From the NCBI GenBank assembly GCA_018675335.1, contig JABGYH010000007.1, positions 468,986-532,985 of the forward strand: a DNA stretch of 64,000 bases, written 5' to 3'. A model generated the notes under the pieces. It saw only the letters and a list, made by a program, of their open reading frames with translations. It did no database searches and was not told the DNA's origin. Origin of the DNA: Candidatus Woesearchaeota archaeon. Its GTDB lineage: Archaea; Nanobdellota; Nanobdellia; Woesearchaeales; UBA11576. The translations under genes were made by a program, and so were the position numbers. Position 1 is the first letter of the stretch, and the number at the start of each line of letters is the position of its first letter. This document shows positions 52,274-61,302 of this stretch, one piece after another.

Positions 52274-52732
52274 ATGAATCCTACAGATTATTTATCGCAA
52301 TGGTTGAAAAGATATCTTAAAAATAGAGATATCGTGTTTCATAAAATACAAACCATAGAAGAAAAAGAAGGCTTCGTTTTAGTAGAAGAAAAAACTAAAA
52401 AAATAGTATATTATATTGAACCGTTCATCAAATCATTAAAAGAACTTTTGTTAAAACTAGAATCAGATTCAACAGAACATAAAGGGCTTGTTTTTTACAA
52501 TACTACTCCAAACTTTAAAGAATTATTGAAACATTGGGATGAAATTTCTAAAATAAAAAATTTAGTTGTGTATTTTGTAAATCCATTTTCTCGTCTTGAA
52601 AAAAAATGGATGTTATTTCCAAAAACTCATGCGCTAATAAGTGGGGATGATGTTCACGAAGGGCTTAATTCCTTATTTTTAACAGTAGAAGAAACAACTG
52701 AAGACGAACTTACAAAAATAATAACTGAATAA
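52274..52732 (+). CDS. Hypothetical protein
   Basis: A 152-aa ORF with GAGGTG upstream. No motif recognised. Confidence 0.5.
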   Translation: MNPTDYLSQWLKRYLKNRDIVFHKIQTIEEKEGFVLVEEKTKKIVYYIEPFIKSLKELLLKLESDSTEHKGLVFYNTTPNFKELLKHWDEISKIKNLVVYFVNPFSRLEKKWMLFPKTHALISGDDVHEGLNSLFLTVEETTEDELTKIITE

Positions 52733-52763
52733 AATAAATCAAAAATTATTTCTATTTTTTTGT

Positions 52764-53183
52764 TTAAATAAGTAGTTTGAATAAAATTGGAATTAATAAT
52801 CCTAATATTATTCCGACGAGAACTTGAGATTTAGTATGTCCTGCAATCACATTAATTTTATCTGTTTTTACTAATTTATTAACTCTTTTAATCAAATCAT
52901 CAACAGTATGTCTAACGCCCAGAGCATCTCTAATAACTACGATTGAAAATACTAATGAAACAAAAAAAAGTGGTGCGTTAATTGAATCAAATAATGCTAC
53001 GCTCATTGTTAGCGCAGTAACTGAAGCGGAATGAGATGAAGGCATACCTCCAGTTTTATACCAGGAATGCCAAGATAATTTTTTAGATTTATAGCTATCA
53101 TAAATGAACTTAACTAAATGGCATATAAGAAAAGTAATTGCGGTTGCAAGAACTATTTTACTTGAAAAAAATTCTGATAACAT
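52764..53183 (-). CDS. Divergent PAP2 / acid phosphatase-related membrane protein (DUF212)
   Basis: GGMPSSHSASVTAL and IRDALGVR motifs. Confidence 0.7.
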   Translation of the reverse strand: MLSEFFSSKIVLATAITFLICHLVKFIYDSYKSKKLSWHSWYKTGGMPSSHSASVTALTMSVALFDSINAPLFFVSLVFSIVVIRDALGVRHTVDDLIKRVNKLVKTDKINVIAGHTKSQVLVGIILGLLIPILFKLLI

Positions 53184-53257
53184 AAAGAATCACTCCACCT
53201 CTTTTTTAAAAATTTAATAAATTTGAATTAAAAAATATTTTGAAAATTTAGACAACC

Positions 53258-53536
53258 CTATTCTGCGATGTCTTCATCATCAGGACCATAGTTAGGAACT
53301 GCAGCTTTGCTGATAATCATGATGTCACCTATAGATTTAACTAATTGGTGTGGAACAATAACTCCTTTAGCAGAACCTAAAACTCTAGCTAAAAAACTGC
53401 TTTTTGTAGCTTTAACTCTCCAACCAGCAACTTTAGTTTTAGTAAGAATTGCTTCTTCAATATCACCAAAATAATCTCCAGCATCAGTAAAAACTTTCAT
53501 TTCATACGCTTCAGTGATTTTATGCATTTTTAACAT
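53258..53536 (-). CDS. PRC-barrel domain protein
   Basis: A 92-aa product with VFTDAGDYFGDIEEAIL...VKSIGDIMIISK. A strong SD (AAGGAGGGG on the coding strand) sits at about 53541-53552. Confidence 0.6.
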   Translation of the reverse strand: MLKMHKITEAYEMKVFTDAGDYFGDIEEAILTKTKVAGWRVKATKSSFLARVLGSAKGVIVPHQLVKSIGDIMIISKAAVPNYGPDDEDIAE

Positions 53537-53767
53537 TAGTAACCCCTCCTTTGGCAGTTTTTAATAAACGTAAGCAGAGATCTGTATGTAGACTCTGTTT
53601 TGTGCCATATTATTATCAAAACCTATTAATAATTGATATTTATTAATTAATAAATAAATCAAATATATTTATAAATTTTATCATTATCTATTTATATATA
53701 AGTTTGTGGTTTATTAACTACTCCAATAATTATTGGAAAATTATATTGTTAAAAAAATTGGATAAAA

Positions 53768-54526
53768 ATGAAATATAAAAATCTCACCCTAATAGGGACA
53801 AGTCACGTATCTGCACAAAGTGTTGCTGAAATAAAGCACACAATTGAGAAAGTAAAACCTGAAGCAGTAGCAGTAGAATTAGATGTTAATAGATTACAAG
53901 CGCTCATGACTGAACAAAAAAGTAAGTTAAGTATTAGAGATATATTACAGATTGGTTTAAAAGGATATTTATTTGCGAAAATTGGTGGTTGGGTACAACA
54001 AAAAATTGGTCAAATAGTTCGTGTAAAGCCTGGAAGTGATATGAGAATTGCAGTCATAACTGCGGATAAAGAAAAATCAAAAATTTATTTAATAGATCAA
54101 CATATACAAATCACTCTTAAAAATTTATCAAAACGTCTTACTTGGAGAGAACGAGGGCGAATGGTTGTTGATGTTTTTCGCGCAATGATTTATCGTGAAA
54201 AAGAACTTGCGAAATGGGGAATAAAAAATTGGGATTTAACAACCGTTCCTGACAAACATGTTATTAGCAAAATGATTAATCAAGTGAAAAAAAGATATCC
54301 AAATATTTATGGAGTTTTAATTGATGATCGAAATAAAATTATGGCAAAAAGACTAGTAAAAATAATGAAGCAACATGACGGAATAGTAGTGGGAGTTGTT
54401 GGTGCAGGACATGAAGAAGGAATGATGAAAGAGATGAAGCGCATTTGGAATTCTGTTGAGGTTGTAAAAACTAAAAACTCTAAAAAAACTGAGACTACTC
54501 ATAAAATAAATATTTCTTCAAAATAG
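53768..54526 (+). CDS. TraB/PrgY-family protein
   Basis: LIGTSHVSAQSV...PEAVAVELD and VGAGHEEGM signatures. Confidence 0.75.
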   Translation: MKYKNLTLIGTSHVSAQSVAEIKHTIEKVKPEAVAVELDVNRLQALMTEQKSKLSIRDILQIGLKGYLFAKIGGWVQQKIGQIVRVKPGSDMRIAVITADKEKSKIYLIDQHIQITLKNLSKRLTWRERGRMVVDVFRAMIYREKELAKWGIKNWDLTTVPDKHVISKMINQVKKRYPNIYGVLIDDRNKIMAKRLVKIMKQHDGIVVGVVGAGHEEGMMKEMKRIWNSVEVVKTKNSKKTETTHKINISSK

Positions 54527-54592
54527 GAAATAACTAATATTTTACTTTTTTTTTAGAAAACTATTTAAAAACTGATTTCTGTAATAACTAAT

Positions 54593-55342
54593 ATGAGTAG
54601 TTGGATCAATTTCAAAGATAAGTTTAGACTATATGGCCAATTTTCTGCGAAAGAAATAAAAGGACTCATAATCACTATTTTAGTTCTATCATTTATTGTT
54701 TCATTTCGAAATTGGGGAATTGATAAATTTGATTTTGAATTTGGACTTGTGAATTTACTCGTCGCAATAGTTTTAGTAACCATCTCATTTGGTATTCGAG
54801 AATTAGGCCATAAAACTGCAGGAGTTTTAGTTGGGTATAAAGTTGAATATAAACCTTGGACTTTAGGACTTGTAATTGGATTATTGCTTGCATTTGTTTC
54901 TAATGGATATTTATTTTTTTTAGCACCTGGAGGAATTATGCTCCATCATCTTTCAAAACATAGACTCGGGAGATTTTGGTATGCGCCTGAAAATAGCACT
55001 CGAGGATGGTTATGTGCTGCAGGACCTATAACTAACATAATTCTTGCAATGATTGCAAAAATTTTATTTGTAAGTACTGGTTTTGGAATATTTCAAGAAC
55101 TCGTACTCATTAATATTTGGCTTGCAGTATTTAGTATGCTTCCGATTCCTCCACTGGATGGATCTAGATTCTTTTTTGGGTCGAAACATTTGTATGTATT
55201 TAGTGTTGGCGCAATACTCGCATGTGCACTTTTTTTAAGAATATCCGAATATACTTTACTTTCATTATTGGGTGGATTATTTTTTGGTGCAATAATTTTG
55301 TTAATATTCTTTGTAGTTATTGATAAAAAGTTTACGATTTAG
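54593..55342 (+). CDS. Peptidase M50 (site-2 protease)-like membrane protein with a variant metal motif
   Basis: Multi-TM protein. NIWLAVFSMLPIPPLDG is the NxxPxxxLDG motif. The expected HExxH reads RELGH (54797-54811). Confidence 0.65.
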   Translation: MSSWINFKDKFRLYGQFSAKEIKGLIITILVLSFIVSFRNWGIDKFDFEFGLVNLLVAIVLVTISFGIRELGHKTAGVLVGYKVEYKPWTLGLVIGLLLAFVSNGYLFFLAPGGIMLHHLSKHRLGRFWYAPENSTRGWLCAAGPITNIILAMIAKILFVSTGFGIFQELVLINIWLAVFSMLPIPPLDGSRFFFGSKHLYVFSVGAILACALFLRISEYTLLSLLGGLFFGAIILLIFFVVIDKKFTI

Positions 55343-55349
55343 GTAAAAA

Positions 55350-55901
55350 ATGAAATCTGCAATTTTAGTTATAGACATGTTATCTGATTTTTTTTTAGAC
55401 AAACCTATGTTAAATGAAAAAGAATCTTTGGTTAAAAATATTAATTCATTAACCAAAACTGCTAGATCTAAACAAATTCCTATTTTTTTTATCCGACAAG
55501 AATTTTTACCCGATCTTTCTGATGCGTATTATTTCATGAAAAAACGTAAAGAATACACAACAATCAAAGGAACTGACGGTTGTGCATTTGTTAATGGGTT
55601 AGTTACTGAAAAAACTGATCATATTATAACAAAAAAAAGATTTAGTGCTTTTTTTAAAACTAATTTATTGTCTAAGTTAAACAAATTAGGAATTGATACT
55701 TTAATTATAACTGGAATTTTTTCTCATGCGTGTGTTCGCCAAACAACAATTGATGCGTATCAATTAGATTTTAACCCTATTTTGGCAAAAGAATGTATTT
55801 CTTCTTGGGATAAAAAACATCAAAAAGTAACTTTAGATTATTTAAATTTAGGTTTGATGATTCCTTTATTATCTAATTCTGCAATTAAAAGAAGAATTTA
55901 G
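55350..55901 (+). CDS. Isochorismatase-family cysteine hydrolase
   Basis: ILVIDMLSDF, a conserved Lys region, and LIITGIFSHACVRQTTIDA with the catalytic Cys. Confidence 0.75.
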   Translation: MKSAILVIDMLSDFFLDKPMLNEKESLVKNINSLTKTARSKQIPIFFIRQEFLPDLSDAYYFMKKRKEYTTIKGTDGCAFVNGLVTEKTDHIITKKRFSAFFKTNLLSKLNKLGIDTLIITGIFSHACVRQTTIDAYQLDFNPILAKECISSWDKKHQKVTLDYLNLGLMIPLLSNSAIKRRI

Positions 55902-55902
55902 G

Positions 55903-56175
55903 TTAACTCATTAAAGAGAAGAATGCTTTTTGACCTAGATAAATTATGATTGCCCAAGTTAAAAATGTTGTGAATCCAAATATTAGTAAAAGCATATATG
56001 CTCCGCAAAGAATATCTAGAATGGAATTAATTTCTGGAAAGAACAAAACTCCTTTGAATATTAAATAAACTACAAATATAATTCCAATTCTCCAATAAGA
56101 AAAAACTTCTAAGTGAAAGAGTAAAATAACTATTGCAGTTATTAAATCACCAATTCCTAAAATTTTTCCAATCAT
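55903..56175 (-). CDS. Small membrane protein
   Basis: A 90-aa ORF with three hydrophobic helices. Confidence 0.45.
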   Translation of the reverse strand: MIGKILGIGDLITAIVILLFHLEVFSYWRIGIIFVVYLIFKGVLFFPEINSILDILCGAYMLLLIFGFTTFLTWAIIIYLGQKAFFSLMS

Positions 56176-56274
56176 TAATTTTTAATAAATTGAGATAAAT
56201 ATTTAAATATAGTTGGTTTGATATTTTTTTCATATTATTAGATTCTGATAGTATAGATTAATTTGGAGACAATA

Positions 56275-56847
56275 ATGATTTCAAAAGTAGCAAAAGATGT
56301 ATGGAAATTTACAGGAGATGACATGGTTAATGTCTATTTTTTAGATTTTGAACAAAAAATCATAGTTGATTGTGGGAATCGATGTGATAGTGCATTAATT
56401 GATCAGTTCTTAGGAAAAGTCACTGATTTTAAATTTGTGGAAGTAGTAATTTTTACTCATCTACATTATGATCATATAGGTAATTTTGATTTATTTCCTA
56501 ATGCAAAATTTTATGCGTCTTCTGAAGAAATTGCAGATTTTAAAGCAAGAAAAACTGTAACTGGACATTTAACTGAAGAATTTTTAAAAAAATTAGATTT
56601 AAAATTAGAAGTTTTACCTGAAAAATTTAATCGATTAGAACTGATTAAAACTCCTGGGCATACTCGAGGATCAATATGTATTTGGTATCCTGAAGAAAGT
56701 ATTCTTTTTAGTGGAGATACTATGTTTGGGAATAAAATGTTTGGAAGAACAGACCTACCCACATCATCACCGGGAGATTTAAATAAATCTATTGTAAAAC
56801 TTGTGGGTTATAATTATCGAATTCTGTGTTCTGGACATGATTATTAA
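56275..56847 (+). CDS. MBL-fold metallo-hydrolase
   Basis: FTHLHYDHIGN (HxHxDH), TPGHTRGS, and GHDY at the C-terminus. ATG 56275 follows TGGAGA. Confidence 0.8.
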   Translation: MISKVAKDVWKFTGDDMVNVYFLDFEQKIIVDCGNRCDSALIDQFLGKVTDFKFVEVVIFTHLHYDHIGNFDLFPNAKFYASSEEIADFKARKTVTGHLTEEFLKKLDLKLEVLPEKFNRLELIKTPGHTRGSICIWYPEESILFSGDTMFGNKMFGRTDLPTSSPGDLNKSIVKLVGYNYRILCSGHDY

Positions 56848-56865
56848 TTTTTTTCTCTTTTTTGC

Positions 56866-56903
56866 TCACTGGACACTGGACAGTTGCGTGTGAGCTATAT
56901 AAA
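56866..56903 (+). promoter_or_regulatory. Conserved GC-rich element (copy 2) fused to a TATA-like box, about 22 nt upstream of the hef ATG
   Basis: tcactggacactggacagttgcgtgtgagctat + ataaa. There is one mismatch to copy 1 over 38 nt. The spacing from tatataaa (56896-56903) to ATG 56925 fits a leaderless transcript. Confidence 0.6.
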
Positions 56904-56924
56904 CAAAGTTGTTATTACTAACTT

Positions 56925-59450
56925 ATGATGGGATCAATTGATGCGATGGAACAAGTTATAACTCAAGGTGGTAAGTTTTATAATCTCACAGATTTTATTT
57001 ATGGCAAACCCAGTACAACCGTTATTAATGGTAGAACTAATACAAGAACTATGAAAACTCTTGATGAAATGGAAAAAGAATTTGAGAAAGAGCTAGAACA
57101 AAAAGCTAAATTAGAAAAATTAAAACAATCAACTAAAACAAATTCATTAAAAAAATCTGAAAAATTTGAGAAGATAAGTTCAAATTCAGTACCTAATGTT
57201 AAAGAAACGTCTGAATTATTAAATACTCAATTAAAACCTAGATTGTATCAAGAAACAATACTTGGAACTTGCTCATTCAATAATACTTTAGTTGTTCTTC
57301 CAACTGGAATGGGAAAAACAATGATTGCAATGTTGCTTGCAGCAAATAGACTCAAAACATTTCCTAATTCTAAAATTTTAGTGCTTGCACCAACTAGACC
57401 TCTTGTTGAACAACATTTACATACATTTCGTAAGCACACTAACTTGACTGAAGATGAAACTGTTTTATTCACTGGACATGTTAAACCTGAAAAACGAGCA
57501 GAACAATGGAAAACTGCAAAAGCAATATTTAGTACACCACAAGGACTTGAAAATGATGTTTTAAGTGGCAGAATTAAACTTACTGAGGTGTCATTAATTG
57601 TTTTTGATGAAGCACATCGTGCGACAGGAGATTATAGTTATGTTTTCTTGGCAAAAAAATATGATTCTCAAGCGACCTATTCTCGAGTTTTAGCATTAAC
57701 TGCAAGTCCTGGAAGCGATGCAGAAAAAATAATTGAAGTTTGTCAAAATTTAAAAATAGAAGCAGTCGAAGTAAGAACTGATGAAGATCCTGATGTGAAA
57801 CCATATATTCAAGACGTAGAACTCAAATGGATTTCAGTACAATTTCCAGAACAATTTAAAAAATTACACTCTTATTTGCAAGAATCATATAAATCAAAAA
57901 TTGCACAAGCAAAAAACTATGGTTATATTAAAAATGGTAGTTCGCCATCAAAAACAGAACTTCTTAGAGTGCAAGGATTTTTACATAAAGAACTTTCTAA
58001 AGGCTTTAAAGATGAAGGATTATTCAAATCAATATCTTTAATTGCGGAAGCTATGAAAGTTCAGCATGCAATTGAACTTATTGAAACTCAAGGAGTAACT
58101 CCGCTTGTTGAATATTTGGATAAATTAGAAACTGAAGCAGTTCAGGGAAAATCAAAAGCTGCAAAAAATCTTTCAATTGATATAAATTTTAAATCTGCAA
58201 AAATTATTGCAACAAGATTAAACGAAGAAGGAGTAGAACATCCAAAAGTTCAAACATTAGTTGATTTAATTACAAAAGAAACAATTAATCCAAATCAAAA
58301 AATAATCTTATTCAATCAGTACAGAGATAGTGCATTAAAACTTAAAACTGAATTAGATTTAGCAGGGATTTCAAATCAAATATTTTTTGGGCAAGCCAAG
58401 AAAAAAGGACGGGGCCATAGTCAAAAAGAGCAAAAACAAATTTTAAATGATTTTAGATTTGGAAAATTTCAAATATTAATTTCAACTAGTGTTGGTGAAG
58501 AAGGTCTTGATATTCCGAAAGTTGATTCTGTTATTTTTTATGAACCAATACCCTCAGCAATACGAACTATTCAGAGGCGAGGAAGAACTGGTCGAAGTGA
58601 AAAAGGTAAAGTATTTGTTTTAATGACTAAGGGTACGCGGGATGAAGGATATAGGTGGAGTGCACATCATAAAGAAAAAAGAATGTATCGTGTTTTAGAA
58701 GAAATAAGGAAAGGATTTGAAAAAGCAGGACTTACCAAACAAACACAAAAATATGTTAAACCTTTAGAAAAATCCGAATCAAAATTAACTGATTTTATTT
58801 CAGAAAAACCTTTGCTAATTTATGCAGATCATCGAGAAAAATCAAATACAATAGTTAAAGAAATGTCATCTCAAGGAATTCACATTGAACTTAAACAATT
58901 AACACTTGGGGATTATCAACTTTCTAAACGAGTTATTGTCGAACTCAAAAAAGTTTCTGATTTTGTAGACTCAATAATTGATGGTAGATTACTTGATCAA
59001 GTAAAACGACTCAAAAGTGAAGTTGAAAGACCAGTTATCATAATTGAAGGTGAAGAAAATATTTATTCACAACGAAAAATTCATCCGAATGCAATCAGGG
59101 GAATGATTGCAACAATTACAATTAGTTTTGGGATCCCAATAATTCAAACAAGAAATGTGTCAGAAACTGCAGCATTATTATTGATCATGGCTAAACGTGA
59201 ACAAGATGAGTTTAGTAGTGAATATTCTATGCATGGATCTCGTAAACCAATTACTGTGAAAGAACAAGTGGAATATATTGTTAGTTCGCTACCAGGAATT
59301 GGTCCTGGACTTGCAAAACCATTACTTGAAAAGTTTAAGACAATTAAAAATATTGTTAATGCAACTGAAGATGAATTAAAAGAAGTTGCAAAAATAGGAG
59401 ATAAAAAAGCTAAAGAAATACAAAAAGTTTTAACTCAAGAATGGATTTGA
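56925..59450 (+). CDS. hef: Hef-type helicase-nuclease (SF2 helicase + ERCC4/XPF nuclease + HhH2)
   Basis: Helicase motifs LPTGMGKT, VFDEAHRA, LTASPG and QRRGRTGR. Nuclease signatures are YADHREK and GDY...VELKKVSDFVDSIIDGR. C-terminal HhH2 is LPGIGPGLAKPLLEKF...IGDKKAKEI. Confidence 0.88.
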   Translation: MMGSIDAMEQVITQGGKFYNLTDFIYGKPSTTVINGRTNTRTMKTLDEMEKEFEKELEQKAKLEKLKQSTKTNSLKKSEKFEKISSNSVPNVKETSELLNTQLKPRLYQETILGTCSFNNTLVVLPTGMGKTMIAMLLAANRLKTFPNSKILVLAPTRPLVEQHLHTFRKHTNLTEDETVLFTGHVKPEKRAEQWKTAKAIFSTPQGLENDVLSGRIKLTEVSLIVFDEAHRATGDYSYVFLAKKYDSQATYSRVLALTASPGSDAEKIIEVCQNLKIEAVEVRTDEDPDVKPYIQDVELKWISVQFPEQFKKLHSYLQESYKSKIAQAKNYGYIKNGSSPSKTELLRVQGFLHKELSKGFKDEGLFKSISLIAEAMKVQHAIELIETQGVTPLVEYLDKLETEAVQGKSKAAKNLSIDINFKSAKIIATRLNEEGVEHPKVQTLVDLITKETINPNQKIILFNQYRDSALKLKTELDLAGISNQIFFGQAKKKGRGHSQKEQKQILNDFRFGKFQILISTSVGEEGLDIPKVDSVIFYEPIPSAIRTIQRRGRTGRSEKGKVFVLMTKGTRDEGYRWSAHHKEKRMYRVLEEIRKGFEKAGLTKQTQKYVKPLEKSESKLTDFISEKPLLIYADHREKSNTIVKEMSSQGIHIELKQLTLGDYQLSKRVIVELKKVSDFVDSIIDGRLLDQVKRLKSEVERPVIIIEGEENIYSQRKIHPNAIRGMIATITISFGIPIIQTRNVSETAALLLIMAKREQDEFSSEYSMHGSRKPITVKEQVEYIVSSLPGIGPGLAKPLLEKFKTIKNIVNATEDELKEVAKIGDKKAKEIQKVLTQEWI

Positions 59451-59467
59451 AAAACTTAGTTTTTATT

Positions 59468-59680
59468 TTACATTAATTCTTTTGTTAAATAATCAGTAAT
59501 TAAAAGAATTATTATTCCGAGTCCTAATGAAACTGTGAAACTTGTGATTGGTAACTGAGGAACTAAGAATTCGTCTAATAACCCCCACACTCCTCTCCAA
59601 AAACAAACAACTGCAAAACCTATAAGTAGTGCGAAAATTATTTGGTGATGAGATTTTAATTTACTAATTCTTCTTAACAT
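59468..59680 (-). CDS. Small membrane protein
   Basis: A 70-aa ORF with two TM helices. Confidence 0.4.
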   Translation of the reverse strand: MLRRISKLKSHHQIIFALLIGFAVVCFWRGVWGLLDEFLVPQLPITSFTVSLGLGIIILLITDYLTKELM

Positions 59681-59815
59681 ATTCGCACAAAAATCATTTT
59701 GAGTTTATATATTTAAGTATTTTAATGTGAGTTTTTATTTTTAAGAAAATAGTTGAGTTAATTATTAGCTGTTAATTGATATTGAATTAATAAAAAATGA
59801 GAAAGTTTATTTTAT

Positions 59816-60091
59816 TTAATCTTCTTCAGGTTCTTCAATATCTTCGCCAAAATCATTTGCAGTATCTGCAATAATTAAAGTTTCACATTTTTGAATATCT
59901 TCAATAGTATTAATATTGTTTTGCATAAATTCTTCAAACGAAGTAGAAGTTTCACAATCAATCTTTACAATTAAATCATATCTACCATAAGTCTCATTAA
60001 GTATTGCTACTTCTTCAAAATTGTTCATTCTAGTTGCAACAAGCTTTTTCTTGCCAAATTTGGTATTTAATAATAGATATGCTGAATACAT
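59816..60091 (-). CDS. Stand-alone Lrp/AsnC-type ligand-binding (RAM) domain protein
   Basis: YSAYLLLNT...VAILNETYGRYDLIVKIDCET...FEEFMQN has the beta-alpha-beta-beta-alpha-beta pattern of AsnC_trans_reg. No HTH is present. Confidence 0.55.
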   Translation of the reverse strand: MYSAYLLLNTKFGKKKLVATRMNNFEEVAILNETYGRYDLIVKIDCETSTSFEEFMQNNINTIEDIQKCETLIIADTANDFGEDIEEPEED

Positions 60092-60193
60092 AATAAAAAG
60101 AAAAAGAGAATGGATTTATAAAATTTTTGCTCTTAAATTTAGGCATTGCTTTTATTAGTTTTAGTGAATTCTTTGCACGTATGGTGTGGGAAC

Positions 60194-61042
60194 TTAAAAT
60201 TTCATGTGCTTAAGCCTTTTAATGCGTTCTTCCATTGGTGGGTGAGTTGATAATAGTGCAAATAAGTTTTTTGAAGTGAATGGATTTATGATGAACAACG
60301 AAGAAGTTGCTTCTGAACCCAATTTCATTTTATTATGGTGTGAACTATTGTGAAGTTTTGCAAGCGCACTTGCTAGCGCTTGAGGATTTTTGATAAATCC
60401 TGCGCCAGTTTCATCTGCAAGGTATTCTCTAGATCTTGAAATTGCAAGACGAATTATTGTTGCAATTAAAGGAGTTATGATTGCTAAAACTAAAAATTGT
60501 AATATGTTTCCACCATCTCGATCTCGATTTCCAAAACCCCCAAAAATCGCACCCCATCTTGCTATAAATCCCACATAACTAATTACTGCGGCAATTGTTG
60601 CAGCAATTGTTTGAATTAAAATATCTCTATTTTTGATGTGTGCCATTTCATGTGCAATTACTCCTCTAAGTTCATCTTTTGAAAGTAATTTCATGATTCC
60701 TTCTGTGCAAGCAACAACTGCATGTTTTGGGTTTCTACCTGTTGCAAATGCGTTACTTTGTTCGGAAGGTACTATGTATACTTGGGGCATAGGAATTTGA
60801 GCTAAATGCGCGACTTCTTTTACAATTGAAACTAATTCGGGATAATCTTTTTTAGAAACTTTCTTTGCACGATAAACCATTAAAACAAATTTGTCTGAAA
60901 ACCAATACGAACCAAAATTCATAACGATTGCAAAAATAAGTCCTATAGTTAAACCATTAAATCCCCCTAGTAGCCAACCTACTGCAAGTAATACTCCAGA
61001 TAAAAGTCCTAATAGAACAACTGTTTTTAATTGATTTAACAT
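60194..61042 (-). CDS. htpX: Membrane zinc protease HtpX (peptidase M48)
   Basis: HEMAHIKNRD (HExxH), EYLADETG, and four TM helices. ATG 61042 is preceded by GGGTGA, which lies inside the GTG-extended ORF that runs to 61060. Confidence 0.88.
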   Translation of the reverse strand: MLNQLKTVVLLGLLSGVLLAVGWLLGGFNGLTIGLIFAIVMNFGSYWFSDKFVLMVYRAKKVSKKDYPELVSIVKEVAHLAQIPMPQVYIVPSEQSNAFATGRNPKHAVVACTEGIMKLLSKDELRGVIAHEMAHIKNRDILIQTIAATIAAVISYVGFIARWGAIFGGFGNRDRDGGNILQFLVLAIITPLIATIIRLAISRSREYLADETGAGFIKNPQALASALAKLHNSSHHNKMKLGSEATSSLFIINPFTSKNLFALLSTHPPMEERIKRLKHMKF

Positions 61043-61302
61043 GTGATCACCCAAGTACACAGAATATGTGTTATTTAATAATTATTATTTAGTATTTATT
61101 TTTGTTATTTGTTATTGAGTGTTTGTTATCAAAACTGATTTATATATTTAACCACTTTAAAATAATTTATTATAATTTAGTGAGATTCTAATTTGTTGTG
61201 AATTTTTTCATAAAACCATTTATAAAGTTTTTTTAGTATTGCTTAAATATGTTAATAACTATTCCTAAATTAATAAATACTACATTAAATTAAGGCTTCT
61301 AA

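Noticed and set aside
40023-56903. The two 33-38-nt direct repeats as attL/attR of an integrated element
   Set aside because: The 16.8 kb between them is core housekeeping (radA, tyrS, pan, pcn, peptidases) with no integrase or mobile genes. Both copies are fused to TATA-like boxes in front of genes, so a promoter-associated element fits better.
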